From assembly GCA_021513715.1 (NCBI GenBank), contig CP084167.1, positions 2,176,001 to 2,240,000 of the forward strand: a stretch of 64,000 nucleotides of DNA. Reading direction: 5' to 3'. This stretch comes from Candidatus Heimdallarchaeum endolithica. GTDB lineage: Archaea; Asgardarchaeota; Heimdallarchaeia; Heimdallarchaeales; Heimdallarchaeaceae. The translations under genes and the position numbers were made by a program. The notes under the pieces are model-generated. The model worked only from the letters and a program-made list of their open reading frames with translations, was not told where the DNA came from and searched no databases. Of the stretch, positions 50,401-60,913 are shown one piece after another; position 1 is the stretch's first letter, and each line of letters starts with the position of its first letter.

Positions 50401-53400
50401 TGCCATGAAGAATTAGTAGGATGAGGTTCTGTACCTACGACAGTTCCAGAATAAGACATATCTTGAGTAGGTTGACTGACATCGTCATATTTTATAGAAA
50501 CAACATTTGTTGAGGTTAATGTTGTTGTATCATCATATACTGGAATCTTTATTTGTGATGTGTCTTGATAAACAACTATTTGTGCATCAATTTCATCTGC
50601 TAAGGGGGGTAAATATTCAGTAATTAGAAAAGATAGGGGGTTATTTGTACCTTCTCCACTAACAGAGTTTATGATTAGTTTATTATTACTTTTTGTATTT
50701 TCATCATAGCCATCAAGAATAGAACAGTAAACATAAACATCAATATAGAAGTTTATTCCCACATAGCTAAGATCTAATTGGGGGAAGTCTCCTTCGTATA
50801 ATCCTGTCGAAGGGTTAAATGTATCAAATGTACTGGAAGAGAAGAGAACGTTATCTGAACTTCTTCTAAGATAAACAGTTATATATTCAAAAGTGTAAGG
50901 GGTAGAAAGGTCGACAGTAACTTTTGGAGGATTATAATAATCTACTTCTCCACCCTCTGTTACAACGGGGTTCGTAAGATGGACACTCAACAAGGAAGGA
51001 GAACCATCTTTTATTTGTGTATCATAGTAATATTGAGTTTGAACATTATCGTTAATATCTACAATTTTTGGTCTAATACGAATATAGTTTCCTACAATAA
51101 AATCCGCAGAATCAAATAAACTAGCTTCAATTGTAATATCGTAGGCTTTCCAGTATCTTTCTACCCATTGTCCGGTGGAATTGTAATCATCTAAATCAAA
51201 ATCAGCACAGATACCTATTGAAAAAGAGTAGATAGAACCCCAATTTGAGCCATCAGTTGAGAATTGTATCTCTACAACTGAAGAACAAAGATTGATTCCT
51301 GAAATATCAGTAGCTAAAATAACAATATGTGTCTTACCCTGATAAGTTATTGCAATGGAAGGATCGTATGGTTCTTGAATATCATTTGCCCCTGCCACAA
51401 TTGGGTTAAAGAGAATCCCTACTCCAGTCGGTATATTTGTCTTATAATCAGGAGCTCTTTTATCAACTAAATCAAAAGATTTACTAGTTATTGTCTCATA
51501 ACCATGTATATCTGAAGCTTTTACAATTATATTCAAAATCATGGGTGTTGGGTGAGAACCTTTAGGAATAATGAAGGAGAAGGTATAGATATTATCTATT
51601 CCTTGTATAAAAGTAGCTACTCCCCAATCAGACCACAAACCAGTATAATCTTGATACTTAAAGTGAACATCATTTTCACCTATCACATTATCATCTGTTG
51701 CCAAAATTTTGATATTTGTGTCAAAATCGTATCTAGAATCAGAAGAAGGATCATTTAAGAATAAAGATAAAGAAGGACCTTGAGCATCCGTAATATATTT
51801 TCTGATAGTAGTGTTAAGTATATTTACTCCATCGTCAATTGTAATATGAACAGCGTATTTAGAATTATCATCTAATATTTCATGCCATAAACTTGCATTA
51901 ACAGTCGTTTCAACAAAATAATGCGTATTGTTGACTTTTGTAATAGAAAGTTGGGGGAAAAGTTCATTTTGTTGAGTGGTAAAATCGGATAAGTCAGACC
52001 AAATACCGATTATTGTGTTGCTTGTATCTAATAAAGCTATATCTTCAATTACATAAAAGGATATATTTGTTCCATTAATAAAATTAGGAATGCTCTCTGG
52101 ATGAAAGTTTGCTATTTCAGGGGCATATTTGTCTGTTATTTTGAATTCAAGTTCAAAGGGGTCTTTAGAATATAAATCAACATAAACAATCCCTCCTTGA
52201 CCATCATCAACTTCAATTGTTTGTTTAGCAAATATTTCAAGTTTGACTTTATCACCCACATTTATTCTACTATCTCCGATATGATCTACTTCAAAAATGC
52301 ATTCTGTGCCTTCTATAACATTAGGATACGCAACTTCATTTATTATTTCGTTCCAATCTTCTCCAGCCCAAACAGAAACTCGTTTATATAAGTCAACAGG
52401 AAAAGCGCCATTGTAATGCTCGATAAAAGGTAAATTGCTAGAAGGATCATTAAGTAATTTTACTTTCAAATTATGAAAACCATGGATAGCATTTTCTACA
52501 CCTTCAAGCTTATGTCCAGAGATAATTTGAGGAGTAGATGACCATTCGAGTCTATTGTCTGCAAGAACAATATTCATACTATTAACAGTTCCTTCATTTC
52601 CGAACCTGTCTGTAGCTTTTACTTCACTTACAGAGTCAGGTCCAGTTCCTTCTGGAATATCTACTCTTGATCCTAAGCTATTATCCCAATAATCAATAAA
52701 TTCATCATTTGTACCTGCAATTAGAGTAATATCGTAGTAAAGCACATGGTCATAAATTCCATTATCTATTTCTTCAATAGTAATTGCTTTACACTCTAAT
52801 AAGAATAAATCTATCTTTGTTGCCCAATCTCCAAAAATGTATCTTCCTGGAGAACCAGTATTTCCTTCTCCTACTAAACTTATGGAGGGAACAAAAAAAT
52901 AGTTCAAATCATCCCACAACCAAACTGTTTCTTGAACAAACAAATCTATAAGAGCGAAAACGGTCAAATTACCGTTGTTGGAATTTATGTCATCTTCATA
53001 TGCTGCATCTCTAACTTTTGCAGAGAGTACTAGATCTCCTACATTAGGGTCTGGTTCTCCTCCTGCTTCTCCTTGTAAAGTTAACCAAGTTACCTCAGGC
53101 CCATAGGTATCTTTATAGTATATATCATAATATTGTGAGGAAATGGAATTTCCATAAACATCTTCAACAATGTATCTAAATTGTACATGCTCTGGAGCAA
53201 TAGAATTATATTTAGATTTTAAAAGTTCATAAATATTTACACTGCTATTCTTGTACTTTTTATATGCTGAACCAGAAACATAGTATTTTACAGGTTCTCC
53301 TCCTATCTCTTCAAGTTCCAAATGTAAGTCGGTTATAGAAACCAGCTCAAAATCCGGCGAAATATCAAATCTATCTACATTTATCTCTAAGTTAACACTT

Positions 53401-56400
53401 GATATATCATTTCTATCATTTACCAGAACTGATATTTCGTCTAAAGCACTATCATATGGAATCTCATTTCCCAAAGATCCAGGTTCTCCATGAAGATAAT
53501 CACTATAAGTATAACTTGTGTATAATCTAGGCTGAACTGAATCAGTAACATTAAAGTAAATGGTTTTGACTTGTTCATTATTATAGTAAGAAAGGTCAGA
53601 AGCCTTAATTTCAATAGCAATATAAGAAGCATAAGTTTGTATCCAATGTCCATTCTCATCAAGGACGAAATCGTTAACTGTAACAGAAGGAGTTATTGAG
53701 AAAGTATATCCTTCATTAATTATTCCTAAATCTGCAAGAATAGGAGATTCAATATACTTCTCGTTAAAGTGGTCATATTTTTGTGTATAAATATAATACT
53801 TTACACTCTTTAATTCTGCTCCTGAAATATCTGTTAAGCCTATCTCAAAATACCATGTTGTATCATCAGCACGAATATAGTCTCGACTATCTGGCATGCG
53901 AGGATAATCTATCCAGCAGTCTATCTGAGGAGGAGAAAAATCGTCTACTACTATTATCCGAGGTATCTCTGAACTATCTACATCTAATCTTAAGTCATAA
54001 AAAGAAACTTTGAAATTATAAGAAGACTGAACAACAGTCGAATTAATTTTGAAGACAATTTTGAAATTTTTAACCATCATATAATACTGTGAATTATCTT
54101 CTCCATAGGTATAATTTTCATCACTCCCCCATGAGAGAGGGATAGATAGGAGAGTACGATAATGTTTGATAGAATATAGAGTGATATCATCACTTTCATT
54201 ATATTTAAAGACTAATAGTTCTGTACCGTTAGTAGATGTAGCATAAATTTCATCTACATAAATATAGGAAATGTTAGTAGAAGTTGTATAGTTGAGTTCT
54301 GCATCAATAACTAAATCGCTTATTCTATCACTCAAAATATATGGAATGTTATTAGTTTCTTCAAAATCATTTGTTTGTAGTGTAATATAATTTGTAGTAA
54401 GCATTGTAGAGTAAGAATGACGATTATACCTGGTACTATAAGAATAAGATAAATTGTTACTGAATGGACTTTCGCTTTTCTTCATCCAGCCCTCATAATA
54501 TTGTGGTAGTTGGAAAAGAATGTATCCAGTACCGTTGTTATCCACGTTCTTTGTAGCAGAAATATGATAATGAAGATTAGAATAACTTGAAGCGGTGGAA
54601 ACACTTTTTTCATTATCAAAAATGTACCAATCAATCGTGTTGGGATTTACTGAAATAGAACGATGAATAAGATTATTATAATCATTTAACAATTCTATTA
54701 TGATATTTGTCTGTATTAATGTTCCATTATAGAAGTATTCTGTATTATTAACCCAACTAATTTTTGTTTCGCTTATTAATTCTCTCCAAATATTGTGTTG
54801 TTCCTTAAAATCTTGAACAGTTGTAGAATAGTAAGAACTTAATTCATTTAAGAAATAATTTTCAGTGCTATAATCTGTTCTTGAAGAATTTAATATAATC
54901 TCAAAGTCTAGCCCTTCAGGAAGGTTTACCAAGTCGTTAAGATCTATATCGATAACGGGAGCATTACATTCAGTATCAAAATAATAATCATTAATTATCT
55001 GTTTATTATTAGGCTTAATAAAGAAATCAACAAAATCAAAATATAGTTTTTCATGTAATTCTGGATAGACATATTCAGGTACTGAAGGATCAACCCATTC
55101 ATACAGGGGTTTGAGTAAATCGCCTGTTCTTTTATAGAAATCATCATATATTTTACCGTATAATGCAGAAAAAGACATATCTTTTATTTCAAAATGATTG
55201 AATTCGTCAAAAGTTATGAACATCCAGCTATATCTATTTTTATTATAAGTGTCAATTATTGTGCTATTAGACCATGTAATTGAGGAAAGATAATCCATCG
55301 GTGGCATCGTACTGTTTCCACTATCGATCAGCAATTTTTCCGAAGGAGTGAGACTTTCATAATATACATCATAAGCATCACATACCATTTCTTTAAGCTT
55401 ATAATGAATGCTTAAAGGATTAGTAGGAAAGGGTTCGAACCAACTTTCAGAATAGTGAGACATTAGATCCAAATATGGTTGTTCAAATTGCGGACCTGAA
55501 TAAGCTTGATAATCACTTATATTAGTTTCATAAAATTGAAGCATTAAACTTCCTTGATAGTCTATTGAGAATTTGGAAGCAAAGTAAAGAGGGTTATAAT
55601 ACCCATTTCTGAAATTTACAAAAGTAGGTAGAGAGAAAAGAAGAGCAATTCTTCGAGGTAAGGTTTTATCAAAAGGACTATCTTCTGGATAGGCAAAAGT
55701 CCGTAAATTCTTATCTTCATCAACGTATAAACAAGGTAATAACCTGTTTCTTGACGATTCCGTTGTATCTTTTGTTTCTTTGATAGCTATATAGTTCCAC
55801 TTTGTTATCTCAGGATTTATTGATAGTTCTTCTGTCACATTAGCCAAAAATTGGTCTATTTCAGTGGAAGTATAATATTCTGTTCCTTTATCATGAATGA
55901 AACGATACAAGTTTTGGAAATCGTCAAAATCTTGATGAGCTGACTGATCTATACTGTAAAATATTCCATAATTACGAATATTGTAAACGTCAAGATAATA
56001 ATTATATTTTGAATCACCATCTTGAACAAAAGACCATAGTCCACTTGTTTCATTATATTCTGTTTTAGGAACAACTTCTACAATTATATCTCTATATTCA
56101 TAATTACCATTTATTCCCATTTTTATTAGTCCAGGGTGAGTATAATACCCCGAAGCGACCGATTCATAGGAATTATAAGGTAATGAAATAGGTGCACTCA
56201 AATTGAAAGTATAAGGATAAACATTGTTTGTAGGTTTAACTGCCCATAATTGTATTTTCTCTATTGTATTGGTATCAAAATCTATTATTGTATCAACAAA
56301 ATTGTGGTAGAGGTTTAAAGGTATTTTAAGATAATGTACGGGTTTTGAAGTAAATAATGGCTCATTTTCACTTGTTACATTCAATTCATATTTCAGATGT

Positions 56401-59400
56401 AGTTTACCATCCCATAATCTTTGTAACCCACTCGTTGGCTCTAAATAGGGATATAATTTCTTTTCCCATGTGTTAAACGTATCATCATAATTTACAGCTC
56501 CTCCCCCGAAATCTACTGCAAAAGTATCCCAATATTCTAATCTATTAACAGCATAAAGAGCGTTTTTTGTATATTCATCTATAGAAGTTGATGAAAAATC
56601 CCAAGAAAAGAATCTTGGTGTTCCTGAAACATTAAGAATAAAATGACTATTAATTACAGGAAACTCTTTATAATTTCCAAGATCTATAGAATATTCTTCA
56701 TATTGTATATTTGCACGTTTAAGGATCTTGGGATTTTCTAAAATATCAGGAACCGAATACCAATTAGGTAAAGCATTACTTCCTTGTCCTCCATAATAAT
56801 AAAATTGTTCTGTATTTCCCGCTCCATCGATACATTCTATATAGTAAGTTGTCACAGAACCTAACCCTTCTGTTTCAACAGTAAATGTTTGAGAGAAGGT
56901 GTGCACTCCATCTGTTAAATCAGAGTCTATCAACTCCACAAAACCACTATTTATACCGTTCTTCCAATATAGAATTGCAGAAATAGGTGTGGTGTCTTCA
57001 TCTACTGTTATTGTCACTGTAGCGTTATAAGGTCCTGTGGGATAGGTTTCAAAGTCGGTATTCGTTATCAGATCTCCTCCTGTAAGTATAGGATTAGTTA
57101 TGTCTCGAATACGAACAGCTGTAGGAATGACTTTGGTCATGTAGTTTCCATAAACATCACTTGCAGAAATGGTGAAACGTAATTCATCGTTATTTGACCA
57201 ATATGAAGCTTGAGGGATAATGAAAGTATAATAGGTAATATAACCGTCATAATGTGTTTTTGCCCAATCAATTATTGCAATATCATCATCTACATTTGTT
57301 ATGGCTGTACTTAACTCTCCGTTATCTGGATCAATATAACTATAAGGAGTGAACTCATAGTGATGATACTGTAGAGAAACAGAATGAATGTTACTTGCGT
57401 CATAAATCCCAAAAGTTACTTCTCCATTTTTTTTAGTGCTAATAAAATGAACAATTTGACCTTTATACTCATCTTCATTTTCGATCTTGAATAAAGTATC
57501 CGTATGGTCATAATTTTCTATTTCTACAATTTTTGGTTTAACATGGTCTAATAATTGTACATCTTGAGTGGAAGTAGAAAAAACATTTCCTACCCAATCA
57601 GCAACAACAACATAGTAGTGTAAAGTTCCAGAGTGATTGAAAAACCCAAATGAAGGAGTAGTAATAGTGTCATTTGTTATAGGAGTAACAGAATCATAAT
57701 TTGTATATTCGTAGGTGAATTTTTCTCCAGTATCTAAATACCAGAAGAATTGGACATAAGCTATTCCACTATCCACATCTTCAACAGTAACAGTTATGGT
57801 AGCTGTTTCATTATATTCCATTGAAGTAAAAGTACTGAGAATTATAGCATTAGGCTTATTATATTCTTCTACAAAAATAGTGTAACTGTTACTTATCCCC
57901 AAATTCTCATATGAGTCTAGTGCTGTGAACCAATAAGTGATTAAATCTCTATATTTTAACAAATTTTCAATATTATAATCGAAATAATATACACTTGTTA
58001 TTTCATCTTTATAACAATCTGCTATCTGTTCTGATAAATACTCATAATATGTCCCATCTGTTACATTATATCTATCTATTTTATAATGTACTTGGATATT
58101 GAAAACGTTAGTAGTATCATGTATAGCTGAACTAAACCTTATATTTTTATCGTTTATATCTATCCCAAATATTTTAGCTACATCAAATGTAGGTGCAACT
58201 CCATCTATTACAAGAATACTGTTATTTTCTTTTGGTTCATATGAAACATAGTTTCTTCCATCACTTGCTTTGATAATATAATGTAAATCCACACCTACTT
58301 TTACAGGTTGATGAGAACCATAATAATAAACAAAATCGTGATCTAATCTTTTATCGTATTTATTATTATTCGTTCCTCTTTGGTATAAACGTATAGAATC
58401 TATAATAATTGTATCATTGAAATGGAAAACTTCTCCAATAGGCTCGATTTTTATATAAAACTTGTTTATGATACTTTTTGTTACATCAAAATTATAAAGA
58501 CATGAAGTAGTTTGATTAGTTGATATATCTACATCTAGGTTATATGACGAGTTATAACAATAGTTATTATATCCTTCATCTATATATTCCCAGAATATGC
58601 TATCTGTTTTATTGAATTCTGTATATAATCCTGTAATTCTAAAACTTTTTCCGCTGTCTGTCCTGCTATTTATTACAAACTGATTCCATTTAGAGAGAGA
58701 GACAGGTTTTTCAGTTATTACTTCTATCCATGCTTCTGATAAATTATTATTTAAAAAGAGTTTTAATTTACTATTTCCCTCTTCTTCTATTTCTTGTATA
58801 TAACTAAAATACGAAGAACTCAATCTTAACCCATCATATATTATAGAACCATAATTTGATAAATTAAGATTGATAGAATTAAGCTCCTCAAAACTTATCC
58901 CATCATCGCCGTATTGATAATATTGGAAGTATTCTGTATCATCTCTCAGAAGTTGATACCCAGCTAAATAGTCATCATAAAAATAAGCTGTTGCACTTAC
59001 TGTTTTAAAATTATCTTGTATAGCTACTTTGATATTTACTTCATCTGTTTCTTTTACACTAGTTTTTGGTGTAATCTTAAAATTACTTAACTGTAATCCA
59101 CTAATTCCGCCAGAATAAAATCCAATTTTTCCATTAAGTATTAAAGGTGAATATTTTTCTAAATCCAATATTTTTGAATTTCCATTTAAAATTGATACTT
59201 TCAATAAATCATTATATATCGATCCATTGAGCGTATACTTCAAACTATTATCCCTAACCCAATCAACACTTTCCAATAGAGTTAGTGTATGATTATAAAC
59301 ATAAAATAATTGTAATTTATCTACAGATTGTATATCTCCTGAATAACCTACTTGATCCAGTGTTACAATGGAATTTGTATGCGCCAATAAATAATATTCA

Positions 59401-60911
59401 GGAATACCATCTGTTTTTCTATATTTGAATATTAGACCAAACATTCCATCTGATGTAGGTTTAATATCTATATTGAAATCAAAATCGTCATATGTATGAT
59501 TCACTGTAGATGATAAAATGCAATAATCCCAATCATCATTATTAACAGTTAGTATACCATTTTCATAATACCAATCATCAATTGAATGCGTTCCAACACT
59601 ACTAGTATCTACATTGGTATATTCCCATTCTGTAAATGGTAAAGGAGAACTATTAGAAAGAGATGAAAAATCATATTCTTGTCCCAATTGTGTCCATGGA
59701 CTATATTCAGTAGAAAGAACTTCTGGTTCACTATTATCATTAATACTTATTTCCTTAATGAAGGATTCTTCTCTTGTTTGAGTATTATTGATAAATCCAT
59801 TAGAATCATAGTTTATTATTTGATAACGGATGAGTAAAGAAACTGTAGCTTTTCCTGGATAAACAATAGGTTGTGTGGTTGTTCCATTGAAATAATATTT
59901 TTGCTTTGTAGATTCAACTATCGGAACGTTGTAAATATACTGTTCAAAAGGAGTGTTCTCATTTATTGAAAAATTGGCATAAACTGCTGATATCTTTATA
60001 TCTGTTCCATTAACTGGCCCATCTGCACCAGGAAGAACAGTGGAATAATATGAATCTTCTCTGTAGAGGATTCTGCAACTGATGGAGATATTTTCATCAA
60101 TAGAAGGATAATAAGGAATAGTACGAAACTCTTCTAAATACGGTTTATCTTCTATTACTGGAATATAAAGGTGTTTACTTTCTCCTTCTTGTCCATAACT
60201 ATCTGTTGCATTAAACCATATTTCATAAGTATCCCCTTCATTGAATTTACTTTTATCTGCAGAAAAAGTAAAAGTAAAATTGTTTTCACCAATTTTTGTT
60301 GCTCTCCCCTCTAAAATTATTTCATTATTTATTTTTGATACCGCATCTACTTTCTCACTCCCATCATCCTCTAATCCATCTTCATCATAAACATTAAAAT
60401 TGATTGTTTTAGATTCTCCACCTATTATAAAAAATTCAGGAATATTTTCAGGAGGAATATAGATCTCTGGTGAACCATCTGCTACAACAGTATAATCATA
60501 GATTAACGATTGAGCATAATTGTGATTAGTTGTTGAATCATTAACTTCAATGAAATATCTTACATTAGTATTTGGTTTATATTTGCCTAAACTAACTGCA
60601 TAGGTTTCTATCCTTGTGTCATTGCTAAAAGGAGTAAAAACATATTCCATTTCTTTTTTATATTCCACTCCATCTACAAAATAGATCAAGTATATTTCTC
60701 CTATTCCCGTCTCATCTTTAACGGTAGTAACAACAGTTACTCCCTCGAACTGGTTAGGTATATGTGGAAAATGGTAAACTTTCAGAAATTCAGGAGGAGA
60801 AGTGTCTACAATCTCCCCCTTCACAAGATCCAATCCATTCAAAGAAGAGATAAGAAAAAGAATAATAGTTACAAAAGTTAAATACTTTATTTTTTTATTT
60901 TTCTTCTTCAA
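47484..60911 (-). CDS. Giant 4475-aa surface protein: >20 Ig-like repeats, lectin-like inserts, C-terminal TM anchor
   Basis: Signal peptide; recurring D-x-x-x-P linkers (DTSPP, DGVAP, DITNP, DKYAP, DKTPP, DLTKP); TM helix LLLPLLVSGSLLLVTITLIII followed by a basic tail; stop overlaps the next start. Confidence 0.88.
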   Translation of the reverse strand: MKKKNKKIKYLTFVTIILFLISSLNGLDLVKGEIVDTSPPEFLKVYHFPHIPNQFEGVTVVTTVKDETGIGEIYLIYFVDGVEYKKEMEYVFTPFSNDTRIETYAVSLGKYKPNTNVRYFIEVNDSTTNHNYAQSLIYDYTVVADGSPEIYIPPENIPEFFIIGGESKTINFNVYDEDGLEDDGSEKVDAVSKINNEIILEGRATKIGENNFTFTFSADKSKFNEGDTYEIWFNATDSYGQEGESKHLYIPVIEDKPYLEEFRTIPYYPSIDENISISCRILYREDSYYSTVLPGADGPVNGTDIKISAVYANFSINENTPFEQYIYNVPIVESTKQKYYFNGTTTQPIVYPGKATVSLLIRYQIINYDSNGFINNTQTREESFIKEISINDNSEPEVLSTEYSPWTQLGQEYDFSSLSNSSPLPFTEWEYTNVDTSSVGTHSIDDWYYENGILTVNNDDWDYCILSSTVNHTYDDFDFNIDIKPTSDGMFGLIFKYRKTDGIPEYYLLAHTNSIVTLDQVGYSGDIQSVDKLQLFYVYNHTLTLLESVDWVRDNSLKYTLNGSIYNDLLKVSILNGNSKILDLEKYSPLILNGKIGFYSGGISGLQLSNFKITPKTSVKETDEVNIKVAIQDNFKTVSATAYFYDDYLAGYQLLRDDTEYFQYYQYGDDGISFEELNSINLNLSNYGSIIYDGLRLSSSYFSYIQEIEEEGNSKLKLFLNNNLSEAWIEVITEKPVSLSKWNQFVINSRTDSGKSFRITGLYTEFNKTDSIFWEYIDEGYNNYCYNSSYNLDVDISTNQTTSCLYNFDVTKSIINKFYIKIEPIGEVFHFNDTIIIDSIRLYQRGTNNNKYDKRLDHDFVYYYGSHQPVKVGVDLHYIIKASDGRNYVSYEPKENNSILVIDGVAPTFDVAKIFGIDINDKNIRFSSAIHDTTNVFNIQVHYKIDRYNVTDGTYYEYLSEQIADCYKDEITSVYYFDYNIENLLKYRDLITYWFTALDSYENLGISNSYTIFVEEYNKPNAIILSTFTSMEYNETATITVTVEDVDSGIAYVQFFWYLDTGEKFTYEYTNYDSVTPITNDTITTPSFGFFNHSGTLHYYVVVADWVGNVFSTSTQDVQLLDHVKPKIVEIENYDHTDTLFKIENEDEYKGQIVHFISTKKNGEVTFGIYDASNIHSVSLQYHHYEFTPYSYIDPDNGELSTAITNVDDDIAIIDWAKTHYDGYITYYTFIIPQASYWSNNDELRFTISASDVYGNYMTKVIPTAVRIRDITNPILTGGDLITNTDFETYPTGPYNATVTITVDEDTTPISAILYWKNGINSGFVELIDSDLTDGVHTFSQTFTVETEGLGSVTTYYIECIDGAGNTEQFYYYGGQGSNALPNWYSVPDILENPKILKRANIQYEEYSIDLGNYKEFPVINSHFILNVSGTPRFFSWDFSSTSIDEYTKNALYAVNRLEYWDTFAVDFGGGAVNYDDTFNTWEKKLYPYLEPTSGLQRLWDGKLHLKYELNVTSENEPLFTSKPVHYLKIPLNLYHNFVDTIIDFDTNTIEKIQLWAVKPTNNVYPYTFNLSAPISLPYNSYESVASGYYTHPGLIKMGINGNYEYRDIIVEVVPKTEYNETSGLWSFVQDGDSKYNYYLDVYNIRNYGIFYSIDQSAHQDFDDFQNLYRFIHDKGTEYYTSTEIDQFLANVTEELSINPEITKWNYIAIKETKDTTESSRNRLLPCLYVDEDKNLRTFAYPEDSPFDKTLPRRIALLFSLPTFVNFRNGYYNPLYFASKFSIDYQGSLMLQFYETNISDYQAYSGPQFEQPYLDLMSHYSESWFEPFPTNPLSIHYKLKEMVCDAYDVYYESLTPSEKLLIDSGNSTMPPMDYLSSITWSNSTIIDTYNKNRYSWMFITFDEFNHFEIKDMSFSALYGKIYDDFYKRTGDLLKPLYEWVDPSVPEYVYPELHEKLYFDFVDFFIKPNNKQIINDYYFDTECNAPVIDIDLNDLVNLPEGLDFEIILNSSRTDYSTENYFLNELSSYYSTTVQDFKEQHNIWRELISETKISWVNNTEYFYNGTLIQTNIIIELLNDYNNLIHRSISVNPNTIDWYIFDNEKSVSTASSYSNLHYHISATKNVDNNGTGYILFQLPQYYEGWMKKSESPFSNNLSYSYSTRYNRHSYSTMLTTNYITLQTNDFEETNNIPYILSDRISDLVIDAELNYTTSTNISYIYVDEIYATSTNGTELLVFKYNESDDITLYSIKHYRTLLSIPLSWGSDENYTYGEDNSQYYMMVKNFKIVFKINSTVVQSSYNFKVSFYDLRLDVDSSEIPRIIVVDDFSPPQIDCWIDYPRMPDSRDYIRADDTTWYFEIGLTDISGAELKSVKYYIYTQKYDHFNEKYIESPILADLGIINEGYTFSITPSVTVNDFVLDENGHWIQTYASYIAIEIKASDLSYYNNEQVKTIYFNVTDSVQPRLYTSYTYSDYLHGEPGSLGNEIPYDSALDEISVLVNDRNDISSVNLEINVDRFDISPDFELVSITDLHLELEEIGGEPVKYYVSGSAYKKYKNSSVNIYELLKSKYNSIAPEHVQFRYIVEDVYGNSISSQYYDIYYKDTYGPEVTWLTLQGEAGGEPDPNVGDLVLSAKVRDAAYEDDINSNNGNLTVFALIDLFVQETVWLWDDLNYFFVPSISLVGEGNTGSPGRYIFGDWATKIDLFLLECKAITIEEIDNGIYDHVLYYDITLIAGTNDEFIDYWDNSLGSRVDIPEGTGPDSVSEVKATDRFGNEGTVNSMNIVLADNRLEWSSTPQIISGHKLEGVENAIHGFHNLKVKLLNDPSSNLPFIEHYNGAFPVDLYKRVSVWAGEDWNEIINEVAYPNVIEGTECIFEVDHIGDSRINVGDKVKLEIFAKQTIEVDDGQGGIVYVDLYSKDPFELEFKITDKYAPEIANFHPESIPNFINGTNISFYVIEDIALLDTSNTIIGIWSDLSDFTTQQNELFPQLSITKVNNTHYFVETTVNASLWHEILDDNSKYAVHITIDDGVNILNTTIRKYITDAQGPSLSLFLNDPSSDSRYDFDTNIKILATDDNVIGENDVHFKYQDYTGLWSDWGVATFIQGIDNIYTFSFIIPKGSHPTPMILNIIVKASDIHGYETITSKSFDLVDKRAPDYKTNIPTGVGILFNPIVAGANDIQEPYDPSIAITYQGKTHIVILATDISGINLCSSVVEIQFSTDGSNWGSIYSFSIGICADFDLDDYNSTGQWVERYWKAYDITIEASLFDSADFIVGNYIRIRPKIVDINDNVQTQYYYDTQIKDGSPSLLSVHLTNPVVTEGGEVDYYNPPKVTVDLSTPYTFEYITVYLRRSSDNVLFSSSTFDTFNPSTGLYEGDFPQLDLSYVGINFYIDVYVYCSILDGYDENTKSNNKLIINSVSGEGTNNPLSFLITEYLPPLADEIDAQIVVYQDTSQIKIPVYDDTTTLTSTNVVSIKYDDVSQPTQDMSYSGTVVGTEPHPTNSSWQMIVANIDGSIFNIGDKVALAITLQDNCGNTATYRLDNNDDINDDTGLGYRINQASPTVTITSSYSNNEINYASDIDITFSVQHEDGDYNTQYRYSIESGSYTEWTSATGSSGTYSFTIPKTEYRIDEYINIEVRASDETGTYFGTDSVSLHAVDKEPPSGIVFKESPDGAVKDVGEDLSFDCKISDEITPYPYMDYQYRYKNENDDWTTWQTDGTLLEDNYYSITIPGQITTGTYIVEVKGTDEAGNSATYSFDYIVSDKTPPTIDFTPPNGVSNNEAYDLKISYFISDNYVNIEPSMVTFSYKENGEGTAHYRTVHSGSLEDEFYSYIDNAILNYEDTFSITITASDGINLVEITDSFTVSVDATNPSGSNPSVDDSTPVYGSTIELSINVFDDGGVSTLYTKYKCYYKHPGESSFTNYVYGTITTTPEDTKTPTFTLSNLKWYSGAWDVKFTYTDAHGHSGSYTWNDAFTVIDNIKPSVTKPISSSGNTIDVGHSTYIRADFSDLSSLASGLDLAGTPPNRVCYIKHKDPSGNWVYHSISHYSGNTYQVYFVPDSSYSGKLIEWRAVAYDKAGNVQTSSAFYLQVNEVHYAPSIISVWAYGYNDRTMNDLFYARVHAKCSTDNINYIQIRYGPTTSSYTTTSSGISRYSGTARDGYWQKQLTGGDRIGERVYFKYRVRNDYGQYSSWSSWKYVEYKGLFGAMDLELKVEEIEFNESRKTLTVKFNKAFASENYRPFIILKVDQYTTRKLILTPLDEEGKTYILPLSSLIDSYEIDTLEYMFTIENWFGRIWSSEDYSLYISDLTKPKIVKVVYADYYSVGEQITINAKIVDKNIKEIKILFLSPTEKGWKVIKTKNMKEMLSSFFLIGFKAKNSPGYYIQIIARDKNLNEQVSEIYRIIVNLSSSQKYSLLLPLLVSGSLLLVTITLIIIKKPKLLLKAKFFLTSNWSTLSQTRGRKFSHFFKSFGGKK

Positions 60912-60913
60912 TT

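Noticed and set aside
1894-54013. Other short ORF-track entries overlapping long genes (e.g. 4209, 12112, 22280, 24422, 30339, 35717, 48923)
   Set aside because: They lie antisense or out of frame within well-supported CDSs and have no independent motifs.
31504-60911. Inteins or RHS/YD repeats in the giant proteins
   Set aside because: No Hint-domain C...HN termini, LAGLIDADG motifs or YD/RHS core signature were recognised.
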